A stretch of DNA of 46,372 nucleotides from Candidatus Jorgensenbacteria bacterium RIFCSPLOWO2_01_FULL_45_25b (GCA_001781035.1 MFKK01000008.1:1-46372); one strand, 5' to 3'; counted from the first letter of the stretch, positions 8,822 to 19,282 are shown. Translations and numbers: made by a program. The notes: a model not told the origin generated them from the sequence alone.

Positions 8822-9922
8822 TTACCTGCTCCAGTTTAAGATGATGTCTTCCACGATGGGAGTTTTGGAGCGAGTGAGGTCGCTTATGATTCTTACCTTG
8901 TATCGAACGTAGCGTTTGTTTGTGAGTTCTGACCGGTCTACGCAAATGGGAGTGTTGCTTCCCGCCGCGGGGAAGGCGCTTCCGAATGTCGGGCAGGCGG
9001 TTCCATAATAAAGGGAGGCGTCTCCGTTCGGTCCTTTGAATGTCCAGGCGCCGGTTGAACAGGTCGGAGCGTTATCCGTTCCATTTGCGCAGTTTGAGAC
9101 GGCAATCTGGAAATCTACCGAGGTTCCTCCCGGCTGATTTCCTTGCCAGAGGATGCTGTTTAGCGCCGCGCCTCCTTCAGCCCGGGTATCAAAGACGGAT
9201 GATTCCAGATATCCGATTGAGCTTGTCGCTCTCCATGAGGTCATAACTTTGTATCCCGTTCCGTTGAAGCTTATCCAGCCCTCTATATCATTCCACGCGT
9301 AGCCGGAGAAGTCGCCCGTGTTTCCGCTTATGGATACTTTATAATTGGATTCTGTACAGGTGTTTGTTCCCCCGTGGCTTGTTTGGTCGCAGTTAAAACT
9401 TATCCAGCCGATTGTGTCGTTCCACGCGTACCCGGTTAGGATGCCGCCCGCGTTTCCATTTGGACAGGAGCCATCCGTTTCGTGCGGTCCCGGACCGTTG
9501 CATATTCCATAATTTGAAGTTCCACAGATACTTCCTCCGCTTGTTGTCGCGCAATCAAGTGAGATTTCCCCGATGTTTGCTGTCGCGTATCCGGTGAGGT
9601 TTGCTCCCCCAACCTGAACGTTGTGAGTCGTGTGAAAATCCCACCAACCGCTAAGGTCGGACCAGGCGCTGCTTTCCGCCGGATCGGATGAGATGTTTGT
9701 TTGCAGACTTTCATCCGCGTTTACCCGCTTTGAACGCGCGAGATTTGAGAGTATTCCTAGAAGCACCGCTACGCATATCGCAACCCAAAGAATAATGTTT
9801 ATGTGTTTTATTCCAACAGAGAAGCCGCGATTTTTAGAGGCGCTTGTTTTGTTGGAAGCTCCCTTTGTTCTCTCTTTTTTTACGCGATTGCTTTTTGTTC
9901 GCATGATTATTGGGTTGTACAC
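8822..9922 (-). CDS. Membrane-anchored Cys-rich surface protein with GYAWND.GWISF repeats
   Basis: N-terminal TM segment, two GYAWNDxxGWISFN repeats, paired cysteines, C-terminal RYVRYKV beta motif. Confidence 0.7.
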   Translation of the reverse strand: MYNPIIMRTKSNRVKKERTKGASNKTSASKNRGFSVGIKHINIILWVAICVAVLLGILSNLARSKRVNADESLQTNISSDPAESSAWSDLSGWWDFHTTHNVQVGGANLTGYATANIGEISLDCATTSGGSICGTSNYGICNGPGPHETDGSCPNGNAGGILTGYAWNDTIGWISFNCDQTSHGGTNTCTESNYKVSISGNTGDFSGYAWNDIEGWISFNGTGYKVMTSWRATSSIGYLESSVFDTRAEGGAALNSILWQGNQPGGTSVDFQIAVSNCANGTDNAPTCSTGAWTFKGPNGDASLYYGTACPTFGSAFPAAGSNTPICVDRSELTNKRYVRYKVRIISDLTRSKTPIVEDIILNWSR

Positions 9923-10365
9923 GATGTGGAGGAGGAGGTTTCTTTTCCGGTTATTTTTTCATAAACGGTCGTTTTAATTTCATTTATCACTCCGCCGTCG
10001 TTCGCTGTTTGTTCTATTTTTTTGACGAGCTTTTCTGTTTCCTCAATTTTTTTCACGAGCTCTTCGTTGTTTTTTTGTTCTTCCGCTCCCGTCGTTGCGT
10101 TTTTTTCGCCTATTGTTTCTTTTTTCATCAAGCCTTCTTTTATTGCCGAGATATTTTTTTCAAGCTGGTCTAGAAGCTCCGCCCTTCGTTCCATGGGCGG
10201 AGTCGCGGTATCCTTTATTTTTTCTTTTACGGATTTCGGAATGATTTCGGAGAGAGCGGCTTTTGTCCGCGTATATGCCTGTTCTTTGAATTTCGCCGGA
10301 ATGAGGCTTGAGATTCCAAGAACCACAAGAATGATAATAATGATTTTTAGCAATGCTTGTAGCAT
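9907..10365 (-). CDS. Hypothetical membrane-anchored coiled-coil protein
   Basis: MLQALLKIIIIILVVLG signal/TM followed by a K/E-rich region; the longer ORF start overlaps the divergent gene. Confidence 0.65.
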   Translation of the reverse strand: MLQALLKIIIIILVVLGISSLIPAKFKEQAYTRTKAALSEIIPKSVKEKIKDTATPPMERRAELLDQLEKNISAIKEGLMKKETIGEKNATTGAEEQKNNEELVKKIEETEKLVKKIEQTANDGGVINEIKTTVYEKITGKETSSSTSCTTQ

Positions 10366-10424
10366 ATGTTCTTTTATTTTATAGTTTACGCGAAGTTTCT
10401 TCAAGACAGATATTTGCAGGGCGT

Positions 10425-10949
10425 ATGGTCGCGGTTTTACACAACATCCGAAGCATTCATAATGTCGGTTCCATCTTTCGCACGGGAGAGGCTCTTGGCG
10501 TTTCAAAGATTTATCTTTGCGGATTTACGCCCGCGCCGATTGACCGATTCGGACGGATGCGACGGGATTTTATGAAGGTCGCGCTTGGCGCCGAGCGGAC
10601 GGTAAAGTGGGAGAGCGTTTCTTCCACTACGCAACTTCTTACGCGATTGCGGAAGGAGGGGCGTCGCGTGTATTCGGTTGAGCAGGATTCGCGTTCGTGT
10701 CCGTATGATGAGGCGCGTGTTTTATCGGAAGCGGAATTTGAGCGCATAGCGCTTGTCGTGGGAGATGAGGTAAAAGGACTTAGCGAGGCGATTTTGAAAA
10801 AATCGGATGAGATTTTGGAAATTCCCATGAGAGGGGCGATGATTAGAGATGTTGAACATCCGCGGCGCACGGGGCGCGGGAAGGAGTCTCTGAATGTTTC
10901 AGTCGCGTTTGGGATTGTGGCGTACCGGTTACGAGAAGCTAGAAATTAG
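10425..10949 (+). CDS. TrmH/SpoU family RNA methyltransferase
   Basis: LHNIRSIHNVGSIFRT, VVGDEVKG, IPM...ESLNVSVA. Confidence 0.92.
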   Translation: MVAVLHNIRSIHNVGSIFRTGEALGVSKIYLCGFTPAPIDRFGRMRRDFMKVALGAERTVKWESVSSTTQLLTRLRKEGRRVYSVEQDSRSCPYDEARVLSEAEFERIALVVGDEVKGLSEAILKKSDEILEIPMRGAMIRDVEHPRRTGRGKESLNVSVAFGIVAYRLREARN

Positions 10950-10980
10950 AAGCTAGAATATAGTCTGTCAGCTGACGGAT
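10935..10980. repeat. TAGAAGC/TAGAAAT heptamers plus GTCTGTCAGCTGACGGAT palindrome
   Basis: Palindrome at 10963-10980 nearly matches 7231-7248; the same heptamers recur at about 22129-22165. Confidence 0.65.
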
Positions 10981-10983
10981 AGG

Positions 10984-11457
10984 ATGAAACATATGTTATG
11001 TAAAAAGGTTTTTGCGTTGTTTTTGATTTGCGGAGGAGTATTTTTTTTATTTTTTCGGGGAGATAAGAACCAGGAAATTTATGACGGCGGGGCGATTGTT
11101 AGCATCGGAAAGCATCGATTTGTCGCAGAAATCGCGGATACGGAGGAGGAGCGGGCGCGAGGGCTTTCCGGCAGAGACGAGTTTGCCGAAGGATATGGGA
11201 TGCTTTTTCTTTTTGACACGCCGGAAGTCGGGCATTTTTGGATGAAGGATATGCGCTTCCCGATTGATATTATTTGGGTTCGTGAGGGAAAAGTTATTGG
11301 CGTGGAGGAGCGTGTGTTGTCGCCATCTTCCTCTCTTGCTCTTTCCGAACTTCCTTTGTATGTTTCTCCCGGGCCTGTGGATATGGTGTTTGAGGTTCGG
11401 GCAGGAACCGCGGATATTCTTACTATTTCCGTTGGAGACGCATTTTCGTTGAATTAG
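10984..11457 (+). CDS. DUF192 family protein
   Basis: EIADTEEERARGLS, GMLFLF, FWMKDMRFPIDIIW. Confidence 0.9.
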   Translation: MKHMLCKKVFALFLICGGVFFLFFRGDKNQEIYDGGAIVSIGKHRFVAEIADTEEERARGLSGRDEFAEGYGMLFLFDTPEVGHFWMKDMRFPIDIIWVREGKVIGVEERVLSPSSSLALSELPLYVSPGPVDMVFEVRAGTADILTISVGDAFSLN

Positions 11458-11503
11458 AGGAGTGCGTGGCTTTTTACATTCTTCTTTATTATAATTATTG
11501 GAT

Positions 11504-12517
11504 ATGACAAACATAGCGATTAACGGGTTTGGTCGGATAGGGAGATTATTTTTTCGCCAGATTTGGGGAAGAAAGGAATTTAAGATTGTCGCGATTAATG
11601 ATTTGGGAAGCGTGGAGAATCTCGCGTACCTGTTGAAATATGATTCGGTGTATCGTACGTTTTCCGAGGAGGTTTCGGTGAAGGCTGGAAATTTAGTTGT
11701 CGGAGGAAGAGAGATTGCGTTTTTGCAAATTAAAGATTCAAAAGAATTGCCGTGGAAAAAGTTTGGCGTTCAAGTTGTTGTTGAATCCTCGGGCGCGTAT
11801 GAGTCGTTTGAGTCGGCAAGGGCTCATTTGAATCAGGGCGCCAAGCGCGTTGTTATTTCCGCTCCCGCGAAGGACGCGGAGGGAATCGCGGACGGAAGAA
11901 CTGTGCTTGTAGGGATAAATGATGGGAAGCTTTCTTCTCTCAGGCTTACTTCTAACGGGTCATGCACAACGAACGCGGTCGCGCCTGTTATCGCGGTTTT
12001 GTCGGAGGAGCCTGGAATTGAAAAGGCGATTTTGAACACTGTTCACGCGTATACCGCGACCCAGGGAATTGTGGACGGGCCCGTAAGGGGAAGTGATTTT
12101 CGGCGCGGAAGGGCGGGGGCGCAGAATATGGCGCCATCTTCCACGGGCGCCGCAATTGCCGTTACGCGCGTTTTGCCCGACTTGCAGGGAAAGTTTGACG
12201 GAATCGCGATTCGCGTTCCGATTATTGCTGGTTCCATTGCCGACATTACATTTGTCGCGAAACGAAAAACGAGCGTGGAGGAGGTCAATAAGATTCTTAC
12301 TGATGCCGCTTCATCTTCCAAATGGGAGGGTATGTTGAAGGTAACAAATGAGCAGATTGTTTCTTCCGATATTATTGGCGAGGAGTGCGGAGCGATTATT
12401 GATTTGAATTCCACGAAGGTTGTGGATGGAACTTTAGTGAAGGTGCTTTCCTGGTACGATAACGAGTGGGGATATGTCGCGACGTTGGTGGAGCATGTTG
12501 CGAGAGCAGTGAAGTGA
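11504..12517 (+). CDS. gap: Type I glyceraldehyde-3-phosphate dehydrogenase
   Basis: AINGFGRIGR, SNGSCTTN, SSTGAA, SWYDNEWGY. Confidence 0.97.
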   Translation: MTNIAINGFGRIGRLFFRQIWGRKEFKIVAINDLGSVENLAYLLKYDSVYRTFSEEVSVKAGNLVVGGREIAFLQIKDSKELPWKKFGVQVVVESSGAYESFESARAHLNQGAKRVVISAPAKDAEGIADGRTVLVGINDGKLSSLRLTSNGSCTTNAVAPVIAVLSEEPGIEKAILNTVHAYTATQGIVDGPVRGSDFRRGRAGAQNMAPSSTGAAIAVTRVLPDLQGKFDGIAIRVPIIAGSIADITFVAKRKTSVEEVNKILTDAASSSKWEGMLKVTNEQIVSSDIIGEECGAIIDLNSTKVVDGTLVKVLSWYDNEWGYVATLVEHVARAVK

Positions 12518-12623
12518 GAGGTTTGGTATAGAGGTTATCCACATTTTGTTTTTTGAGATTTCTGGTAGCATAGATTAAAGCACGTTACGGCAGACGAAAG
12601 AGTTTTTCCTTTTTCGCCTGCCC

Positions 12624-12659
12624 AACACTCCGCCTAACATGGCGGGGTGTTTCGTTTTT
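12624..12659 (+). terminator. Intrinsic terminator preceded by a second hairpin
   Basis: AACACTCCGCC-taacat-GGCGGGGTGTT then TCGTTTTT. Confidence 0.65.
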
Positions 12660-12709
12660 GACGAGACGAGATTTTGTCATTTTTCAATGAATAAGATTAT
12701 CATGTTTAT

Positions 12710-13780
12710 ATGAGATATTGGCTTTCTGTTTTTGCCGCTTCCCTTGTTTCCTTTTTATTTTCAGGGGCATTATATGTGTTTTTTCATCCCCCCCGCGATT
12801 TTGAGGCGCGTTCCGCGGATATTTCAGATACGATGTCTTCCTCTGTTTCGCCGGTTGGCAGACTCGGCGCGGTAGGGGTGAGCGCAAGGGTTAACGCGAC
12901 CCCTCTTTCCAAATTTTTTGAGAACAAGGAGCACTCCCTTCTTTTTGTTGGAGATATCATGCTTTCCAGAAACGTGGGGGCGGAGATGGAGCTTCGGAAC
13001 GATTATGCTTATCCGTTTCGGAAGATTGCCGATGTTCTTCGTTCGGCTGATTTGACGTTTGGGAATTTAGAGGGGCCGATTTCTGACGTGGGAAAGGACA
13101 AGCATAATTTGTATTCTTTTCGCGCCGACCCCCGAAGCGTGGAAGGATTAAAAATTTCCGGGTTTGATGTCGTTTCGCTCGCGAACAATCATACGATGGA
13201 CTGGGGAGAGGAGGCGATGGAGCAAACCATTGAACTTTTGCGGAAGGAACACATCCTTTCTGTGGGTGCGGGAAAGAACGCGGAGGAGGCGGGTCGGCCT
13301 CAAATTTTTGACGCGGGTGATTCGTTTCGCGCCGGATTTTTGGCATACACAACAGTTGCTCCTCCGGGCGCGGGCGCGCTCTCTAATCGCGGAGGCGTAA
13401 GTGAGACGAGTTTGGAGAATATGAAAAAGGCGGTTCGGGAGCTCCGCGATGAAGTTGATGTTTTAGTTGTTTCTTTTCATTGGGGAGAGGAGTATGAAAA
13501 ACGGTCGGGTTCCGAACAGCAACGCATAGCATACGGGCTTGTGGACGCGGGCGCGGATATTATTGTCGGCCATCATCCGCATGTTTCACAGGAGATTGAG
13601 AAGTACAAGAATGGGTGGATTGTTTATAGTTTGGGGAATTTTGTTTTTGACCAGTATTTTTCCAGACAAACGATGGAGGGGCTTATGGTTAAGGCTATTG
13701 TTCGCGAGGGGCGTATTATTGATATTCAGTCCATTTTTACTCCTCTTACGGAGACGTATCAGCCGTATGTTGAAAACTAA
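12710..13780 (+). CDS. CapA family (PGA_cap) metallophosphoesterase
   Basis: VGDIML, GNLEG, LANNH, HWGEEY, GHHPHV, YSLGNFVFDQ; N-terminal TM. Confidence 0.92.
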   Translation: MRYWLSVFAASLVSFLFSGALYVFFHPPRDFEARSADISDTMSSSVSPVGRLGAVGVSARVNATPLSKFFENKEHSLLFVGDIMLSRNVGAEMELRNDYAYPFRKIADVLRSADLTFGNLEGPISDVGKDKHNLYSFRADPRSVEGLKISGFDVVSLANNHTMDWGEEAMEQTIELLRKEHILSVGAGKNAEEAGRPQIFDAGDSFRAGFLAYTTVAPPGAGALSNRGGVSETSLENMKKAVRELRDEVDVLVVSFHWGEEYEKRSGSEQQRIAYGLVDAGADIIVGHHPHVSQEIEKYKNGWIVYSLGNFVFDQYFSRQTMEGLMVKAIVREGRIIDIQSIFTPLTETYQPYVEN

Positions 13781-13895
13781 AAACGCAAAGCGTAAAACGA
13801 AAAGCAACATATAATGATTTAAGAGGACATAGAGAAAGGAATTTCAAGCGAGAAAGATTTTATATATTCGTAGTTTCGGATAACATATATACGTT

Positions 13896-14822
13896 ATGCG
13901 ACGTGTTTGCTTTTTGGTGTTTGGTTTTGTTGTGTTTGCGGTTCTTACTCTTTTTTTAGGGGGATTTTTTTCTCGGACGCTTGTTGAATACAATGCCCCT
14001 CTTAAAGAGAGAAGTTTTTTTTCTTATCAAGAGAATGCTTCTTCTTCCCAATCCTTTTTCTTTGAGGATAAAGATGCTTCCGTTCTTCTTCCCGCGATTA
14101 GCGTTTCCGCGATGCTTGTGGCGGATGTGGATACTGGAGAGATTATTTTAGGCAGTAGAGAACATGATTCATTGCCTATCGCATCGCTTACGAAGTTTAT
14201 GACTGCCGTAGTCGCGAGCGAATTTGTGGATTTTGAGAAGCTTATTGTTATTACTCCTTCCATGCTTATGGATTCGGTGCAATCTTTTCCTTTGGAGGCT
14301 GGCGCGAACTATCGAATGCTTGATCTTTTATATCCGGCTCTCAAGGAATCTTCCAATGGAGCGGCTCGGGCTCTCGCTGGTTTTTTGGGTGAGGAGTATT
14401 TTGTACGGCAAATGAACGAGAGGGCAAAGATGCTTGGAATGGATTCTACGGTTTTTGTTGACCCTGTCGGAGTCGGGGAGGGGAACACTTCTTCGCTTAC
14501 GGATTTGAGAGTGATGGCGAAGCATATATTAGACAAGAGGAAATTTTTATTTGATATTTCCCGCAAGGAACGCGGGACTTTGGAAAAAAATATATTTTCC
14601 GATATTCCGAACTACAACGAATTTTATGACGACCCCGCCATTATTGGCGTGAAGAATGGCGAGACGAGGGCGGCGGGGCAGACCTTTCTTGGTGTTTGGG
14701 AGATGGAAGATTCAAGTGGAGCGAAGAGGAATATTATGATTAGTCTTTTAGGCTCAAAAGATAGAAAGAGCGACGCGCTCGTATTGCGTGGTTGGTTGAA
14801 GGAGCGTTTTGGGGTAGAATGA
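13896..14822 (+). CDS. D-alanyl-D-alanine carboxypeptidase (peptidase S11)
   Basis: ASLTKFMTA (SxxK), SSN (SxN), KNG (KTG variant). Confidence 0.88.
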   Translation: MRRVCFLVFGFVVFAVLTLFLGGFFSRTLVEYNAPLKERSFFSYQENASSSQSFFFEDKDASVLLPAISVSAMLVADVDTGEIILGSREHDSLPIASLTKFMTAVVASEFVDFEKLIVITPSMLMDSVQSFPLEAGANYRMLDLLYPALKESSNGAARALAGFLGEEYFVRQMNERAKMLGMDSTVFVDPVGVGEGNTSSLTDLRVMAKHILDKRKFLFDISRKERGTLEKNIFSDIPNYNEFYDDPAIIGVKNGETRAAGQTFLGVWEMEDSSGAKRNIMISLLGSKDRKSDALVLRGWLKERFGVE

Positions 14823-15346
14823 ATAAGTTTATGAACATATATATTGGAGCTGACCATCGGGGGTTTGAGTTGAAGGAGCAATTAAAGCAGTTTATTCAGG
14901 GGCTTGGGTACCCGATTGTTGATGTTGGAAACACTCGGATTGATGAGGCGGACGATTATCCTGATTTCGCGCGCGCCGTTGCCGAGAAGGTAAGCGGAGA
15001 CTATGAGCACAGCAGGGGAATTTTGCTTTGCGGTTCGGGAATTGGAGTTTCCATTGTGGCGAATAAGTTTCCGCGCGTTCGGGCGGGGCTTGTTATGACT
15101 TCGGATCAGGCGTTTGACAGTAGGAATGACGATGACACGAATGTTATCGCGCTTCCCGCCTCATATCTTGGATTTGATGATATGAAGCGCATTGTTACCA
15201 CCTGGCTCGGAACCCCCTTTTCGGAAGAGGGGCGGCATAGAAGGAGAAGGGACAAGATTTCGGAGATTGAGGCGGGTCTTCAGGATGAGGCGCGAAAACG
15301 AGGAGAAGATGATATTGAAGCGCCCCGCTTTATGAGGCGTTCTTAA
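14819..15346 (+). CDS. rpiB: Ribose-5-phosphate isomerase B
   Basis: IGADHRG, DDYPD, CGSGIG, ANK, GRHRRR. Confidence 0.93.
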   Translation: MNKFMNIYIGADHRGFELKEQLKQFIQGLGYPIVDVGNTRIDEADDYPDFARAVAEKVSGDYEHSRGILLCGSGIGVSIVANKFPRVRAGLVMTSDQAFDSRNDDDTNVIALPASYLGFDDMKRIVTTWLGTPFSEEGRHRRRRDKISEIEAGLQDEARKRGEDDIEAPRFMRRS

Positions 15347-15361
15347 CGTTTCTTATTTTTT

Positions 15362-15997
15362 ATGGAGATTATCCCATCGGTTAATTGCCCGGATATTTCC
15401 TGTGTTCGGGAGAGGTTTGAACAGATTGTTTCCTTTGGCGCCTCATGGGCGCATGTTGATGTTTCAAACGGGACGTTCGCGCCTCCTGTTACGTGGAATA
15501 ACCCGCATGAATTAATTTCTAATTCCAAACTTAACATTGAAGTTCATTTGATGGTTCAAGAACCGGAGAAATTTGTGCCGGATTGGGTTCAGGCCGGTGC
15601 CCGGAGAATTATTCTTCAGGTTGAGATGATTGACCGCGAACGGCTTTATGAAATTCTTGAGATGGTTCATGCGGATTGCGAGGTCGGTCTTTCGGTTTCT
15701 CTCCCCACGCCGATTGAGGAGGTGTTTCCTTATTTAGAGGAGATTCATTTTGTTCAGTGTCTCGCGGTTTCTCCCGGACTTTCCGGTCAGAAATTTCAGC
15801 ATGATACGTTAGATAAAATTCGCGTCCTTCTTCGGGAGGATGTGGATGTACTGGTTGAGATTGACGGAGGAGTTACGCCCGATGTCGCGCGGCTCGCGTA
15901 TGAGGCGGGAGCTCGCGTTGCTGTTTCTTCCTCTTATATTTTTACTAGTTCCGACCCGAAACTCGCGTATGCGCGCTTATCTGCGATTGGCGAATAG
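15362..15997 (+). CDS. rpe: Ribulose-phosphate 3-epimerase
   Basis: HVDV, EVHLMV, VSPGLSGQ, IDGGV. Confidence 0.9.
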   Translation: MEIIPSVNCPDISCVRERFEQIVSFGASWAHVDVSNGTFAPPVTWNNPHELISNSKLNIEVHLMVQEPEKFVPDWVQAGARRIILQVEMIDRERLYEILEMVHADCEVGLSVSLPTPIEEVFPYLEEIHFVQCLAVSPGLSGQKFQHDTLDKIRVLLREDVDVLVEIDGGVTPDVARLAYEAGARVAVSSSYIFTSSDPKLAYARLSAIGE

Positions 15998-16031
15998 AGA
16001 CCTATTTACAACATGGTACAATTAAATACAT

Positions 16032-16892
16032 ATGTCGTTGCATGACGAGAAGTTAAAATATTTGGAAGAGCTCGCGTATCAGATTCGGGAGGGAATTATT
16101 GAAACTCTCCTTCTTGCGGGTTCGGGGCACACCGCAGGACCTTTGGGAATGGCGGAAATTTTTACCGCGCTTTATTTTCATGTTTTGAAGCATGACCCGA
16201 AGAAGCCCGACTGGCCTTTTCGCGACCGGCTGATTTTGTCTAATGGACATATTTGTCCCGTACAATATGTGGCGCTCGCACAGGCGGGATATTTTTCGCC
16301 GGATGAATTAAAAACATTACGGAAGATTAATTCACGATTGCAAGGACATCCTCATCGCGGAAGCGTTCCTGGAGTTGAGACGACCTCTGGGCCCTTGGGG
16401 TCGGGTCTCGCGCAAGCCTGCGGAGTCGCGCTTGCTTTGCGTTTGGACGAGAAGAAGAGCCGTGTGTACTGCCTTACTTCCGACGGGGAGCATCAGGAGG
16501 GGAATCATTGGGAGGCTGTTCTTTTCGCGCGAAAGCACCGCTTGTCAAATCTTACGGTTTTTGTTGACCGGAATAATATTCAGATTGACGGAAATACGGA
16601 AGATGTGATGCCGCTGGATTCTCTTCGCGCGAAGTATGAGGCTTTTAACTGGAATACGCTTGAGATTGATGGGCATAACATTCGCGAGATTGTGGATGCG
16701 ACCCTTGAGGCGGAAGCGACTTGGGATAGGCCAACCGTTATTATCGCGCATACGATTCCCGGAAAGGGAGTGAGTTTTATGGAGAAGGATTATACGTGGC
16801 ATGGACGACCGCCGAAAGATAGAGAGGAGGCGGATAGGGCCTTACGGGAGATTCGAATGTTTCAAAGGGGAGTAAGGTTGGAGCATGAATAG
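16032..16892 (+). CDS. Transketolase, N-terminal (TPP-binding) subunit
   Basis: SGH, DRLILSNGH, LQGHP, SDGEHQEG...N, GKG. Confidence 0.93.
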   Translation: MSLHDEKLKYLEELAYQIREGIIETLLLAGSGHTAGPLGMAEIFTALYFHVLKHDPKKPDWPFRDRLILSNGHICPVQYVALAQAGYFSPDELKTLRKINSRLQGHPHRGSVPGVETTSGPLGSGLAQACGVALALRLDEKKSRVYCLTSDGEHQEGNHWEAVLFARKHRLSNLTVFVDRNNIQIDGNTEDVMPLDSLRAKYEAFNWNTLEIDGHNIREIVDATLEAEATWDRPTVIIAHTIPGKGVSFMEKDYTWHGRPPKDREEADRALREIRMFQRGVRLEHE

Positions 16893-16958
16893 TTAAAATT
16901 ACTAATGTGTTGAAACAAATAAAAAAATGTTACGAAGCAACGTGCGATTAATTAAATT

Positions 16959-18374
16959 ATGAATAGAGTTATTTTAGATCAACGAGTTAATGCAGAAATG
17001 ATTGATGGGCTAAAAAATAATACTCGAGCACTTCTGTCTTTTTTACAGAATCAAAATGAGGGAACAATTGTTTATGTTTTGGAAAAGTTGGGAAGGTTGA
17101 AAAATGGCTCTAGCAAGGAACCCTTACTAAGCTTATTAAATAGTCAGAACGAAAATATCAGAACATTATCAATAAAAAATCTTGCCAAAATAGGAGATAT
17201 TTCTCTTTTGCCCATTTTTGTTAAATATGCTCGTTCAGATGAGAGCACAGAAGTTAGGAGAGAATCTGTTTCTGCGGTCGGCAGATTAAGAAACGAAAAA
17301 GCAATTCCAGTCTTAATTGGATTTTTGAAAGATAATGATCCAAAGGTGGTAATGCAGGCAATTAGAGGATTACTTATATTTTCTCAAAGGGAAGAAGTTG
17401 AAGAAAAACTTAAAAAAATGATTAACCACCCAAACGAACTGATTAAGGAAGTAATTAGTAAAGAAATCAATGGAGTTAACTATGGTTCTAATAATAAGGA
17501 AAAGCATGATGAATTTCCAACTTTTTTAAAAAACACAATCGTTCAGGGCGATGTCATGGAAACATTAAATTATGTTCCAGATGAATCAGTTCACTTAACT
17601 TTTACTTCACCGCCCTATTATAATGCTAGAGATTACTCAATATATCAAAGTTACAATGAGTACTTAAATTTTTTAGAAAAAGTATTTAAAGAAATCCATC
17701 GAGTTACCAAAGAAGGAAGGTTTTTTGTCTTGAATACTTCGCCAATTATTATCCCAAGAATAAGTCGCGCCCACTCAAGCAAAAGATACCCCATTCCATA
17801 CGATGTTCATCCAATTTTGATAAAAATGGGGTGGGAATTTATTGATGATATTGTGTGGGTAAAGCCAGAAGCAAGTGTAAAAAATAGAAATGCGGGTTTT
17901 TTGCAACACAGAAAACCATTAGGATATAAACCAAACGCTGTTTCAGAAATGATAATGGTTTATAGAAAAAAGACCGATAAGTTAATTGATTGGAATATAG
18001 GCCAATATAATTGGGATAAAGTTAAAAAAAGTAAAGTTGCAGATAAGTATGAGACAACAAATATTTGGCACATTGGTCCCGCTTTTGATAGGGTGCATAG
18101 TGCAGTTTTCCCGATAGAGCTGTGTAATAAGGTTATTACATATTATTCATTTGTAGAAGATTTAATTTTTGACCCTTTTGCGGGAAGTGGGACGCTAGGT
18201 CTGGCAGCTGTTAATTTAAATAGACATTTCTTTTTGACGGAAAAAGAATCAAAGTATATTAATAGAATGAAAGAAGATTTAATTAAGGGAAGGAGGCTGT
18301 TTGATTCAAAAAACGGTCAGCCAAATTTTGTAGATATTAAAAATTTTATATCCTTAACTAAAGAAACAGTATGA
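16959..18374 (+). CDS. Beta-class DNA methyltransferase (TSPPY, probably N4-C) with N-terminal HEAT repeats
   Basis: HEAT-like repeats (VRRESVSAVGRL, DPKVVMQAIRGL); TSPPYYN, HSAVFP, DPFAGSG; low GC. Confidence 0.9.
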   Translation: MNRVILDQRVNAEMIDGLKNNTRALLSFLQNQNEGTIVYVLEKLGRLKNGSSKEPLLSLLNSQNENIRTLSIKNLAKIGDISLLPIFVKYARSDESTEVRRESVSAVGRLRNEKAIPVLIGFLKDNDPKVVMQAIRGLLIFSQREEVEEKLKKMINHPNELIKEVISKEINGVNYGSNNKEKHDEFPTFLKNTIVQGDVMETLNYVPDESVHLTFTSPPYYNARDYSIYQSYNEYLNFLEKVFKEIHRVTKEGRFFVLNTSPIIIPRISRAHSSKRYPIPYDVHPILIKMGWEFIDDIVWVKPEASVKNRNAGFLQHRKPLGYKPNAVSEMIMVYRKKTDKLIDWNIGQYNWDKVKKSKVADKYETTNIWHIGPAFDRVHSAVFPIELCNKVITYYSFVEDLIFDPFAGSGTLGLAAVNLNRHFFLTEKESKYINRMKEDLIKGRRLFDSKNGQPNFVDIKNFISLTKETV

Positions 18375-19282
18375 CAATAACAGAACAAGTTGCAAAAAAT
18401 ATAATTAGAAAGTTACTAAAGGGAAAGGACTATAGGATTGAAGTCATAACACTTATTAACGCCGAGTTTTTGCAATTCTCTGTTAATTTTTTTAAGAAAA
18501 TTATTAATGCAAAGCTTAAAAACAAAGGCATAACAGTAGATTGGTATAAAAAGGAATTTCTTAATCCAAATTTACCGATTCGAGACATTACAATCAATTC
18601 GGGATTAAACGAAAAGACAATCCACAACATGTTTAATTCCTCAACAAAGGAAATTGTGATTGATGCTTCAAACGAACATTATGACACTCTTTATGAGGTA
18701 ATTAAAAACCTTGTAGACGCGGAGCATGATCTTGACCTTACTTTAACGATTAAATTTAAAGGAGTGAGCGTTGATTTAGATGTTAGCGAGAGTCTAATCG
18801 TGATAAACACATTGGCAGTAAAAAGATCTGCATTGAGAGGCGGTTTGTGGAGCACTGCTGGCAAAAGAGTTGAAAAACCTTTAATGCAAACTCTCTGCAA
18901 ATTATATGGTATCTCTGGTAATAATTATTCCTTAAAAATAAAAGGCAAAGAAATTAAGGAAGATGATTTTGAAAGAGAGATAGATTTTTATTTAGTTGAG
19001 AACAAAAATCAACATAAGTGTGAGGTTAAATTAATGGGTAGTGGTAACCCAGAAGGTGCCGATGCGGTCATTGCAAGAGATAGTAAGGTTTTTGTGGCAG
19101 ACAAACTTTCAGATACAAACAAAAAGCAATTAAATAGCCGAAAAGTTGAATGGGTTGAATTAAGAAGCGATGTTGGATTTAAAAGATTTGAAACAATTTT
19201 AGATCATCTCAAAATACCACACGAAAAACTACCTGAAAATATTGATAAAAAATTAGAAAAGGTGTTTAAGGAAATTTTTTAA
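18371..19282 (+). CDS. Type II restriction endonuclease, CfrBI-like family (tentative)
   Basis: ATGA-coupled to the MTase; STAGKRVEK, REIDF...CEVKLMG PD-(D/E)xK core; low GC. Family name recalled, not searched. Confidence 0.75.
   Translation: MTITEQVAKNIIRKLLKGKDYRIEVITLINAEFLQFSVNFFKKIINAKLKNKGITVDWYKKEFLNPNLPIRDITINSGLNEKTIHNMFNSSTKEIVIDASNEHYDTLYEVIKNLVDAEHDLDLTLTIKFKGVSVDLDVSESLIVINTLAVKRSALRGGLWSTAGKRVEKPLMQTLCKLYGISGNNYSLKIKGKEIKEDDFEREIDFYLVENKNQHKCEVKLMGSGNPEGADAVIARDSKVFVADKLSDTNKKQLNSRKVEWVELRSDVGFKRFETILDHLKIPHEKLPENIDKKLEKVFKEIF

Noticed and set aside
3718-12517. Recoded TGA (genetic code 25)
   Set aside because: Complete genes such as the antiporter and gap end in TGA, and no conserved gene is interrupted by in-frame TGA.
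1832-12543. Replication origin from TTATCCACA matches
   Set aside because: Only two isolated boxes 10.7 kb apart; no cluster, no dnaA and no visible change in strand skew.
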